This document shows, piece after piece, positions 48,038-56,704 of a stretch of 57,744 bases of DNA. The first letter of the stretch is position 1; every line of letters begins with the position of its first letter. The DNA lies in the NCBI RefSeq assembly GCF_946221145.1, contig NZ_CAMIOH010000001.1, positions 1 through 57,744 on the forward strand. Direction: 5' to 3'. The translations under genes were made by a program, and so were the position numbers. The stretch comes from an uncultured Paracoccus sp. Lineage in GTDB: Bacteria > Pseudomonadota > Alphaproteobacteria > Rhodobacterales > Rhodobacteraceae. The notes under the pieces are model-generated. The model saw only the letters and a list, made by a program, of their open reading frames with translations, had not been told where the DNA came from and searched no databases.

Positions 48038-49702
48038 CTATTCCCCCTGTCTTGCCAAGGCCGCCTCGCGCATCTGGGTCAGGGTCTGGCGCGGGGTCAG
48101 CGCCTCGGGCGAGATGTCCAGGTCCAGCAAGGCGCCGGTTTTCGACGCCATCGCCCGCGCGAAGGCGGCCGGAAAATCGGCGGTCGCGGCGACCTGTTCG
48201 GCATGGAAGCCATAGGCCTTGGCCAGCATCACGAAATCGGGGTTCTGCATCGTCGTGCCGGACACGCGCGCCGGATAGGTGCGTTCCTGATGCGCGCGGA
48301 TCGTGCCGTAGATGCCGTTGTTCAGCACCAGCACGATCGGCTGCGCGCCTGCCTGCGCCGCGGTCGCCAGTTCCGCGCAGGACATCTGGAAATCGCCGTC
48401 GCCCGCAAAGCAGACCACCGTCCGCGCGGGATGGGCGATTCTGGCGGCGATGGCGGCGGGCAGGCCATAGCCCATTGCCCCCGACTGCGGGGCCAGCAGC
48501 CGCGCCCTGGGGCCGAAGGCAAAGAACTTGTTGGGCCAGACCGCGAAATTGCCTGCACCGTTGGTCAGGATCGCATCTTCGGGCAGCGACTGGCGCAGGT
48601 GGTCCATGACCGCGACCATATCCACCGGCGATGGCTGCGCGGGCGCCTGCATCGAGGCCAGGTATCCGGCCCGCGCGGCCTTGCGCCAATCGACCCAAGG
48701 CCCGGTCACGGGCCGCAGCGCCTGGGCAAGCGCATTCGGCCCGGTCTGTATCCCCAGGCCCGGCTGATAGATCTTGCCGATCTCGGCGTCCGAGGCATGG
48801 GCGTGGATCAGCAGCTGTTCCGGCTGCGGCACCCGCAACAGCGTATAGCCGTCGGTCGTCATTTCCCCGAACCGCACATTGATGGCCAGCATCACGTCGC
48901 ATTCGGCGATCAGGCGCCGGACATGGGGCGGCATTCCCACGCCCGCCTCTCCGGCATAGACCGGCGAGGTGTTGTCGAAGCAGTCCTGGAACCGGAACGC
49001 CGCAAGAACGGGGATGTCGGATGCCTCGGCAAAGCGTTGCAGGGCGGTCTTGCCCGCAGCCGTCCAGGTGCAGCCGCCGGTCAGGATCAGCGGCCGCCTG
49101 GCCCCGGCCAGCAGCGTCATGGCGTGGTCCAGGGCGGCGGGCAGCGGTGCGGGTTCGGCGATCTGTGACGGGCCGGTCAGGGGCGCGGCGTCGGTCAGGG
49201 TGGTCAGCATGTCCTCGGGCAGGGCGATCACGACGGGGCCGGGGCGGCCGGTGGTGGCGGTCTTCCAGGCGCGGGCCAGGATTTCCGGGATGCGCTCTGC
49301 CCGGTCGATCTGGACTGCCCATTTCGCCATGCTGCCGAACACGGCAGGATAGTCGATTTCCTGGAATGCCTCGCGCCCGATCATGTCGGTGCCGACCTGG
49401 CCCACCAGCACCAGCATCGGCGCGCTGTCCTGCATGGCGGTGTGGATGCCGATCGCGGCGTTGGTCACGCCCGGCCCGCGCGTGACCAGGCAGATGCCGG
49501 GCTGGCCGGTCAGCTTGCCCCAGGCGGCGGCCATGAAGGACGCGCCGCCTTCGTGGCGGCACAGCACGAAATCCAGCCGCCCGCGCGTGTCGTGCAGCGC
49601 GTCCAGCACCGCCAGATAGCTTTCGCCCGGTATGCCGAATGCCTTGGTCGCGCCAAGCGCCATCAGGCATTCCACCAGCAGTGCGCCGCCGTTCCGTGTC
49701 AT
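48038..49702 (-). CDS. Thiamine pyrophosphate-binding protein (acetolactate synthase large subunit-like)
   Basis: PGESYLAVLD, RHEGGA, VTRGPG, GDGDF...LNNG TPP motif. Confidence 0.93.
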   Translation of the reverse strand: MTRNGGALLVECLMALGATKAFGIPGESYLAVLDALHDTRGRLDFVLCRHEGGASFMAAAWGKLTGQPGICLVTRGPGVTNAAIGIHTAMQDSAPMLVLVGQVGTDMIGREAFQEIDYPAVFGSMAKWAVQIDRAERIPEILARAWKTATTGRPGPVVIALPEDMLTTLTDAAPLTGPSQIAEPAPLPAALDHAMTLLAGARRPLILTGGCTWTAAGKTALQRFAEASDIPVLAAFRFQDCFDNTSPVYAGEAGVGMPPHVRRLIAECDVMLAINVRFGEMTTDGYTLLRVPQPEQLLIHAHASDAEIGKIYQPGLGIQTGPNALAQALRPVTGPWVDWRKAARAGYLASMQAPAQPSPVDMVAVMDHLRQSLPEDAILTNGAGNFAVWPNKFFAFGPRARLLAPQSGAMGYGLPAAIAARIAHPARTVVCFAGDGDFQMSCAELATAAQAGAQPIVLVLNNGIYGTIRAHQERTYPARVSGTTMQNPDFVMLAKAYGFHAEQVAATADFPAAFARAMASKTGALLDLDISPEALTPRQTLTQMREAALARQGE

Positions 49703-49727
49703 GTATCCCCCCATGTCCGCGGCCAGC

Positions 49728-51083
49728 TTACCGGCGGGACGGGGCCGCCGCCAGCGTCAGTTCGACGCAGAGGCCGGGGCGGGTGTTGGTCAGTGACAAC
49801 TGCCCGTCGGCGGCGTCGGCGATGTCGCGCACGATGGCCAGACCGATTCCCTGGCCTTCGCCGGTTTCGTCCAGCCGCATCCCGCGCTGCGGCAGCAGGG
49901 ACAGCGCGTCCTCTGGCACGCCCGGCCCGTCGTCGCAGATGGCGATGGCGACGGTGCCGCCGCGTTGGGTTACAATCGCCTGGACGCTGGCATCGGCATG
50001 CTGCATGGCGTTTTCCAGCAAGGCGCCAAGCGCCTCGGTCAGGTCGTCGGGGTCGATGCGGGCGCGGGGCGGGGGGTCGGCAAAGCGAGTCTGCCAGTCG
50101 ATCCCGGCGCCCCTGGGGGTGCGCTTCAGCACCTTGATCAGCCGCGCCAGGACGATTGCCGGATCGGCTTCGGCGGCATGGCGGCCGGACTGGATGCGGG
50201 CGCGGGCCAGTTCGCGATCCACCAGCCGACGCATGGCGGTGACGACGGTTTCGATGCTGCCGGCGATCTCGGGCTCGCCCCGGCGGCGCAGGGTGCCGGC
50301 ATCGCCCAACAGCGCCTGAAGCGGCGTCTTGAACCCGTGGGCCAGATCCCCCGCCCGGTGCCGCGCGCGCAGCAGTTCGGCGTCGCGGGCGTCCAGTAGC
50401 GCATCCAGCTGGCGCGACAGGGGCAGCATCTCGTCCGGCAGGTCGGTGCCGATGCGCGACCGCTGGCCCTGCGCAAGCGCCTGCACGCGATCCGCGACCT
50501 GGGCCAGGGGGGACAGGCCGATGCGGATCTGCAACCAGGATCCGGCCATCAGCAGCAAGGCCAGAAAGGCCAGATAGGGCATCAGGTCGCCCAGGAAATC
50601 ACGCCGCGCCGCCGTCAGCACCGCCCGGTCCGACGCGACGATGATCCGCAGCGTCAGGGACTGACCGCCGCGTCCGACCAGAAGCGCCTGTTCCACCGCC
50701 AGCAGCCGTTCGCCCTGGGGGCCGGGCAGGTCCAGCACGTCGCCGCGTCCCGGCGCGGGGGCGGGCCGGTCCATGGGCAGGCTGTAATCCCACAGCGACC
50801 GCGACCGCTGGATCTGATCACCCAAGGCGACCTGCCAGTAATGGCCGGAAAAAGGCTGTTGGTACAACCGATCCGCCGGGGGCGCCGCCAGGCGCGGCAC
50901 ATCGTCCGGCCCGTATTCCACGATCCCGGCCAGGGTCAGGGCACGGGCTTCCAGATCGTTCACCGCCACGCGTTCGACGTGGCGTTCAAACAGCAGCGCC
51001 AGCCCCAAGGCCGCACCTCCCAGGGTCGCCACGATGGCGCAGGCGCCCACGACCAGCAGCCGCAGCCGCAGCGACCGGCGCAT
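49728..51083 (-). CDS. Membrane sensor histidine kinase
   Basis: Two TM segments, DLAHGFKTPL H-box, LLENA, DDGPG, GQGIGLAIV. Confidence 0.94.
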   Translation of the reverse strand: MRRSLRLRLLVVGACAIVATLGGAALGLALLFERHVERVAVNDLEARALTLAGIVEYGPDDVPRLAAPPADRLYQQPFSGHYWQVALGDQIQRSRSLWDYSLPMDRPAPAPGRGDVLDLPGPQGERLLAVEQALLVGRGGQSLTLRIIVASDRAVLTAARRDFLGDLMPYLAFLALLLMAGSWLQIRIGLSPLAQVADRVQALAQGQRSRIGTDLPDEMLPLSRQLDALLDARDAELLRARHRAGDLAHGFKTPLQALLGDAGTLRRRGEPEIAGSIETVVTAMRRLVDRELARARIQSGRHAAEADPAIVLARLIKVLKRTPRGAGIDWQTRFADPPPRARIDPDDLTEALGALLENAMQHADASVQAIVTQRGGTVAIAICDDGPGVPEDALSLLPQRGMRLDETGEGQGIGLAIVRDIADAADGQLSLTNTRPGLCVELTLAAAPSRR

Positions 51084-51745
51084 CAGCCCACCGCGCCCAG
51101 GTCATAGCCGAAGCCGCGCCGGGTATGGATCACCCCCGGCCCGACCTTGCGGCGCAGCCGGGCGATGACCGCCTCCAACGCATTGGCGTCGCGGGCGTCG
51201 TCGTCGCCATACAGATGTTCCAGCAATTCCGAGGGCGACACGGTGCGGTCGCGGTGCAGCGTCAGGTAGGACAGCAGCCGGTATTCCAGCGGCGTCACCG
51301 CGACCGGTACCCCCGCCACCGACACCGCCATGCGGTTCAGATCCACCGACACCTCGCCCACCTGCTGGACCGAGGCCGCCCGCCCCCCCGACCGCCGCAC
51401 CAGGGCCCGCGCGCGGGCGATCAGTTCCTCCATCCGAAACGGCTTGGGCAGGTAGTCGTCGGCGCCCGCGTCGATGCCCTCGACCCGTTCCGTCCAGGCG
51501 CCGCGCGCGGTCAGGATCAGGACCGGGCTTTCGCATCCCTCGGCCCGCCAGCGTTTCAGGACCGTCAGCCCGTCCAGGCGCGGCAGGCCCAGATCCAGCA
51601 CGATCAGGTCATAGCTTTCGGTGCCGCCCCGGAACCAGGCGGTTTCGCCATCCTCGACCTGCTCGACCCGGAACCCCGCGGATTCAAGCGCGCGGCCCAG
51701 GTCGGCGGCGATACGACGGTCATCCTCGACCACCAGGGCGCGCAT
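51083..51745 (-). CDS. OmpR-family response regulator
   Basis: VVEDD, LDLGLP, GADDYLPKPF, TRRGFGY. Confidence 0.95.
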   Translation of the reverse strand: MRALVVEDDRRIAADLGRALESAGFRVEQVEDGETAWFRGGTESYDLIVLDLGLPRLDGLTVLKRWRAEGCESPVLILTARGAWTERVEGIDAGADDYLPKPFRMEELIARARALVRRSGGRAASVQQVGEVSVDLNRMAVSVAGVPVAVTPLEYRLLSYLTLHRDRTVSPSELLEHLYGDDDARDANALEAVIARLRRKVGPGVIHTRRGFGYDLGAVG

Positions 51746-52056
51746 CAGTCGTCGTATTCCTCTTCGATTTCAAGGATTTCACCGGTGGCGGCGTCCATGT
51801 CCACCTCGATCAGGCGGCCGTCCGGGGTGATCAGCTCGACCTCATAGACACGGATTCCATCCTCGTATTCAAGCTCGACCTCGACCACGGTGCCGGGCTG
51901 TTCGGCTTCCAACTGCCGCAGGATCTGGACCAGAGGCAGGATTTCCCCGCGTTCCACGGCGGTCTGGGCCCTTTCGAAATCGGGCAGCGGGTCTTCTTGC
52001 CCGCCTGCGGCTGAGGGAAGGACCAGGGACAGGGCAATGACAAGCAGGTGTTTCAT
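51745..52056 (-). CDS. PepSY-domain protein
   Basis: Signal peptide, AVERGEILPL, VYEVELITPDGRLIEVDMDAATGEIL. Confidence 0.9.
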   Translation of the reverse strand: MKHLLVIALSLVLPSAAGGQEDPLPDFERAQTAVERGEILPLVQILRQLEAEQPGTVVEVELEYEDGIRVYEVELITPDGRLIEVDMDAATGEILEIEEEYDD

Positions 52057-52078
52057 GCGCCGACAATAGCGGACCGGA

Positions 52079-52118
52079 CCTGACAAAGTCCTGACAACCA
52101 AGGTCAGGCCCCTGTCAG
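52079..52118. promoter_or_regulatory. Back-to-back tandem CTGAC(A) repeats, putative OmpR-type binding sites
   Basis: CCTGACAA at 52079 and 52090; inverted GTCAG at 52103 and 52114; both pairs have an 11-bp period. Confidence 0.65.
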
Positions 52119-52194
52119 CGCGCCTGCGTTACAGATGATTCGCATCACCGGACCGGCCGATCGGGCACGCGGTCCCCTTGAGAGGAATAGACAT

Positions 52195-52857
52195 ATGGCA
52201 CGCAAGACAGGCACCAACAGCGCCGACATCATCAACGGTACATCGCTGGCCGACTGGCTGTCGGGGTTGCGCGGTAACGACCTGATCAACGGATATCGCG
52301 GAAATGACGAAATCTTTGGCGGCGACGGGCACGACCGGCTGTACGGCGGCGACGGTCACGACGAGATCGAGGGCGGCAATGGCAATGACCGCCTGTGGGG
52401 TCAGGTCGGCAATGACGAACTGGATGGCGGCGACGGCAATGACAGCCTGGCCGGGGATGTCGGTCATGACGACCTGGAGGGTGGGCGCGGCAATGACCGG
52501 CTGTATGGCGGCGCGGGCAATGACGACCTGGAAGGCGACAGCGGCAACGACCTGCTGTGGGGCGATGCCGGCAACGACCGTCTGGATGGCGGCACCGGAA
52601 ATGACATCCTGAACGGCGGTATGGGCGCCGACGTGTTCGAATTCGAACGCGGCGAAGGGCGCGACCGGATCGTCGATTTCCAGAACGGCGTGGACCGGAT
52701 CGACCTGGACGATTTCAGCCGCGCCCAAGTCAGCCAGGTCATCGCCACTGCCCGACAGCAGGGCACAGACGTGGTGCTGACACTGGATCGCAACACCACC
52801 ATCACCATCGACGACATGCAGCGCAGCCAGTTGGATCTGAGCGATTTTACGTTCTGA
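52195..52857 (+). CDS. RTX/hemolysin-type calcium-binding repeat protein
   Basis: More than ten GGxGxDxLx nonapeptides, GADVFEF..DRIVDF..GVDRIDL, C-terminal DFTF; RBS GAGG. Confidence 0.93.
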   Translation: MARKTGTNSADIINGTSLADWLSGLRGNDLINGYRGNDEIFGGDGHDRLYGGDGHDEIEGGNGNDRLWGQVGNDELDGGDGNDSLAGDVGHDDLEGGRGNDRLYGGAGNDDLEGDSGNDLLWGDAGNDRLDGGTGNDILNGGMGADVFEFERGEGRDRIVDFQNGVDRIDLDDFSRAQVSQVIATARQQGTDVVLTLDRNTTITIDDMQRSQLDLSDFTF

Positions 52858-52866
52858 TCCCTGTCT

Positions 52867-52901
52867 TCGGGACGGCATTCCGGGCCGTCCCGATTGATTT
52901 T
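52867..52901 (+). terminator. Probable terminator after the RTX gene
   Basis: TCGGGACGGC-attccgg-GCCGTCCCGA then TTGATTTT. Confidence 0.65.
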
Positions 52902-52994
52902 GGTTGACCGATCAGTCCTGCCGCGCCGTCGCCGCTTGCGGCCTGCGCGATCCGTGCCTAGGGTCCGGCCTCAATCTGGATCTTGCGGTGCGTG

Positions 52995-55943
52995 ATGACG
53001 ACAGACCTGTCCTTTCCCTCGTGGCCCGTCGGCGGCGGCATCTGCGGTGAGATGGTGCGCCGGTTCGACTGGTCGCGCACCTCGCTGGGTCCGATCGAAG
53101 GCTGGCCCGCCAATCTGCGCATCAAGGTCAATTCGCTGGTCAACTCTCCGATCCCGCAGGTTCTGATGTGGGGACCGGATCACGTGATGATCTACAATGA
53201 CGGCTATATCGAGATCGCGGGCAACAATCACCCGCGCGCCCTGGGCGGCACCGTGCCCGGCATCTGGCCCGAGATCTGGGACTTCAACCGCACTGTTCTG
53301 GAGCGCGGGTTGCGCGGCGAGGTGCAGTCGTTCCGCGAACAGCCGATGGTGCTGAACCGCAACGGCCATCCCGAGGATGTCATCTTCGACCTGTTCTACA
53401 CCCCGATCTATGACGAGACCGGCGCGGGCGTGGACGGGGTGCTGTGCACCGTCCTGGACATCACCGGGACCATACGCGCGCGCGATGCCCTGGCCGAAAG
53501 CCGGGCCGAACTGTACCATCTTTCCGATGCGCTGCCGATCCTGGTGGCCTTTCTGGACAAGTCGCTGGTCTTCCGCTTTGCCAACCAGTGCTATCTGGAA
53601 GTCTTCGGCCTGGCCCATGACCAGGTGATCGGCAAGAGGATCGGCGACATCCTGGGGGCGGGCCAGGCCGCCCAGACCCAGGAGATGCTGGATCGCGCCC
53701 TTCTGGGCGAGACGGTGAATGTCGATGCGATCGTGCGCCTGCCCGGCGACCGGCCGCGCAATCTGGAAATGCGTTGCCTGCCCCGGATGTCGCGGGACGA
53801 CCGCATCGACGGCGTTTATATGATCCTGATCGACATCGAGGATCGCAAGCAGACTGAAAACCGGCTGCGCGACAGCAACAACCGCTTCCACGCGGCGGTC
53901 GAGGCGATCCACAGCGTATTGTGGACCAACAGCCCCGACGGCCGGATGGAGGGGGAACAGCGCGGCTGGGCCGCGTTGACCGGCCAGGATTTCGATGCTT
54001 ATCAGGGCTATGGCTGGGCCGATGCCGTCCATCCCGACGACCGCGCTCCCACCGTCGAGGCGTGGCACCGCGCGGTTGCGGCGCAATCGACCTTTGAATG
54101 GGAACACCGGGTCCGCTGTCTGGACGGCGAATACCGCATCTTCAGGATCCGCGCCGTGCCCACGCGGGACGAGGCGGGCCGGATCAGCGAATGGGTGGGC
54201 GTTCACACCGACATCACCGAACAGCGCATGTCCGAAGCGCAGTTGCAGGCCCAGGCCGAGGATCTGCAACGCCAGATCAATCATCGAGAGCGGGCCGAGG
54301 ATCAGCTGCGCCGCCTGAACGAGACGCTGGAAGCCCGTGTCGCGGACGAGATCGAACAGCACCGCAAGACCGAGCAGGCCCTGCACCGGTCGCAGAAGAT
54401 GGAATCCATGGGCCAGCTGACCGGCGGCGTGGCGCATGACTTCAACAATCTTCTGCAGGTGATCGCCGGCAGCCTTCAGATGCTGGCCAAGGATGCCGAG
54501 GGCAATCCCAAGGCCAGCCAGCGGGTCGAGAACGCGCTGTCCGCCGTCGCGCGCGGCGCCAAGCTGGCCAGCCAGCTTCTGGCCTTTGGTCGCCGCCAGC
54601 CGCTGGAACCCCGGGTGATCCAGCCTGCCCGCCTGGTGACCGAGATGGACGACCTGCTGCGCCGGTCCCTGGGCGAGGCGATCGAGGTTCAGGTCGATGT
54701 GCCGCAGGGCCTGTGGAACATCTGCGTGGACCGCGCCCAGCTGGAAAGCGCGCTGCTGAACCTGGCGATCAACGCCCGCGACGCCATGGACGGACCCGGA
54801 CAGCTGACCATCGAGATGGCCAACAAGCGGCTGGACGAGGCCTATGCCCTGGCCGCAGGCGACGTCGCGGCCGGGGATTACGTGATGCTGGCCGTCACCG
54901 ATACCGGCTGCGGCATGACGCCAGACGTGCTGGAGCGGATTTTCGATCCCTTCTATTCCACCAAACCCGAAGGGCGCGGGACAGGCCTGGGCATGTCGAT
55001 GGTCTATGGCTTCGTCAAGCAGTCGGGCGGCCATGTCTCGGTCTATAGCGAGCCGGATGAGGGAACGACCGTTCGCATCTATCTGCCGCGCTGCGACAGC
55101 GACGAAGACAGCGACGCCCCGCTGTTCGATGGTCCGGTGGTCGGCGGCACGGAAACCATCCTGGTGGTCGAGGATGATGATGCGGTCCGGGCCACCGTGG
55201 TCGATCTGCTGGGATCGCTGGGATACGAGGTTCTGACCGCGCGGGACGCGCAGGCGGGATTGGCGGTCGTCGAAAGCGGGCTGCATATCGACGTGCTGTT
55301 CACCGACGTGGTGATGCCCGGCGGCCTGTCCAGCCGCGAGATGGCGCGCCGCGCTCAGCAGATTCTGCCGGGGCTGGGGGTGCTGTTCACCTCGGGCTAT
55401 ACGGAAAACTCGATCATTCATGGCGGGCGGCTGGATCCCGGGGTGGAATTGCTGTCGAAACCCTATCCGCGCGAAGCCCTGGCCCGGCGGCTGCGCCATG
55501 TCATCGCCAATGCCCAGCAGGTCCGGCAGGCAACCGAGGCAGAGCGCGCGCCCGAACCTGAGGCCGATCCGGCTCCGGCGGACGATAGCCCGGTCGCGAT
55601 CCTGCTGGTCGAGGACAATGCCCTGATCCGCGCCGACACGGCCATCATGCTGGAGGAGATGGGCTATTCCGTCGTCCAGGCAGGCAAGGCGGCGCCCGCG
55701 CTCTCCAGCCTCCAGGGTCGGTCGTTCGACCTGCTGCTGACCGATCTGGGCCTGCCCGACATGAACGGCAATGACCTGGCGCGGCAGGCGGTGGACCTGC
55801 GCCCCGGCCTGGCGGTCGTCTATGCGACGGGCGACAGCGCCTTGCCCGCGGATTGTCCGCCGCAGACGGTCCTGCTGTGCAAGCCCTATGGCGAGGATGA
55901 TCTGCGTGATGCGGTCCGGCAGGCCCTGGCCCGGATCGGCTGA
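52995..55943 (+). CDS. Cytoplasmic hybrid histidine kinase (PAS/PAC domains, two receiver domains)
   Basis: WSRTSLGPIEGWP, AVHPDDR, GGVAHDFNNLL, NARDAM, GTGLGMS, two REC domains. Confidence 0.94.
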   Translation: MTTDLSFPSWPVGGGICGEMVRRFDWSRTSLGPIEGWPANLRIKVNSLVNSPIPQVLMWGPDHVMIYNDGYIEIAGNNHPRALGGTVPGIWPEIWDFNRTVLERGLRGEVQSFREQPMVLNRNGHPEDVIFDLFYTPIYDETGAGVDGVLCTVLDITGTIRARDALAESRAELYHLSDALPILVAFLDKSLVFRFANQCYLEVFGLAHDQVIGKRIGDILGAGQAAQTQEMLDRALLGETVNVDAIVRLPGDRPRNLEMRCLPRMSRDDRIDGVYMILIDIEDRKQTENRLRDSNNRFHAAVEAIHSVLWTNSPDGRMEGEQRGWAALTGQDFDAYQGYGWADAVHPDDRAPTVEAWHRAVAAQSTFEWEHRVRCLDGEYRIFRIRAVPTRDEAGRISEWVGVHTDITEQRMSEAQLQAQAEDLQRQINHRERAEDQLRRLNETLEARVADEIEQHRKTEQALHRSQKMESMGQLTGGVAHDFNNLLQVIAGSLQMLAKDAEGNPKASQRVENALSAVARGAKLASQLLAFGRRQPLEPRVIQPARLVTEMDDLLRRSLGEAIEVQVDVPQGLWNICVDRAQLESALLNLAINARDAMDGPGQLTIEMANKRLDEAYALAAGDVAAGDYVMLAVTDTGCGMTPDVLERIFDPFYSTKPEGRGTGLGMSMVYGFVKQSGGHVSVYSEPDEGTTVRIYLPRCDSDEDSDAPLFDGPVVGGTETILVVEDDDAVRATVVDLLGSLGYEVLTARDAQAGLAVVESGLHIDVLFTDVVMPGGLSSREMARRAQQILPGLGVLFTSGYTENSIIHGGRLDPGVELLSKPYPREALARRLRHVIANAQQVRQATEAERAPEPEADPAPADDSPVAILLVEDNALIRADTAIMLEEMGYSVVQAGKAAPALSSLQGRSFDLLLTDLGLPDMNGNDLARQAVDLRPGLAVVYATGDSALPADCPPQTVLLCKPYGEDDLRDAVRQALARIG

Positions 55944-55987
55944 TCGCCAAGCCCCTTGGCGGGAAGGGCGGGGCGTGATATTCAGGG

Positions 55988-56117
55988 ACCGTTCTCAGGG
56001 CGGGGTGCAATTCCCCACCGGCGGTGACAGCCCGCGAGCGCCCCTTGGCAACAGGGGGGTCAGCAGATCCGGTGAAACTCCGGGGCCGACAGTATAGTCT
56101 GGATGAAAGAGAACCGT
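55988..56117 (+). ncRNA. FMN riboswitch (RFN element)
   Basis: TCTCAGGGCGGGGTGCAATTCCCCACCGGCGGT..AGCCCGCGAGCG..CAGATCCGGTGAAACTCCGGGGCCGACAGTATAGTCTGGATGAAAGAGAA upstream of ribH. Confidence 0.97.
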
Positions 56118-56194
56118 GGCCGCGCCGCACCCAATGGCACGGTCATGGCTCATGTCCTGGGACCGTACGCAAGCTAACGTAAGGTTCCTGAAAG

Positions 56195-56668
56195 ATGACT
56201 CACAAGACCCCCCGTATCGCCTTCATCAAGGCCCGCTGGCATTCCGATGTCGTGGACCGTGCCTATGACGGTTTCCTGGCCGAGCAGAAGCGCCTGATCC
56301 CCGGTGCCGAGGTGGTTGCCTTCGACGTGCCGGGCGCGTTCGAGATGCCGCTGCTGGCCAAGAAACTGGCCCAGACCGGCCGTTATGATGCCGTGGTCGC
56401 CGCCGCGCTTGTCGTGGATGGCGGCATCTATCGCCATGATTTCGTCGCCGCCGCCGTGGTGAACGGGCTGATGACCGCCGGGCTGGACACCGGCGTCCCG
56501 TGCTTCTCGGTGTCGCTGACGCCGCATAACTATCAGGAAACGGACCTGCTGACCGGCTTCTATCGCGACCATTTCGTCAAGAAGGGCGCCGAAGCCGCCA
56601 ACGCCGTGCATCAGGTTCTGGACCTGGATGCCCGCCTGGCTGCCGAAGGCCGCGCCGACGTGGCATAA
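56195..56668 (+). CDS. ribH: 6,7-dimethyl-8-ribityllumazine synthase, type II (RibH2)
   Basis: FIKARWHSDVV, VPGAFEMPL, VDGGIYRHDFVA, SLTPHNY, KGAEAA. Confidence 0.94.
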   Translation: MTHKTPRIAFIKARWHSDVVDRAYDGFLAEQKRLIPGAEVVAFDVPGAFEMPLLAKKLAQTGRYDAVVAAALVVDGGIYRHDFVAAAVVNGLMTAGLDTGVPCFSVSLTPHNYQETDLLTGFYRDHFVKKGAEAANAVHQVLDLDARLAAEGRADVA

Positions 56669-56674
56669 GGGCAG

Positions 56675-56699
56675 GGCGCGCGGGGCAGGCCCGCGCGCC
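56675..56699. terminator. Hairpin between convergent ribH and glmS
   Basis: GGCGCGCGGG-gcagg-CCCGCGCGCC. Confidence 0.65.
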
Positions 56700-56704
56700 G
56701 TTCT

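Noticed and set aside
52318..52630. 27-bp periodic DNA repeats resembling an array
   Set aside because: They encode RTX nonapeptides in frame; no unique spacers and no cas genes, so not CRISPR
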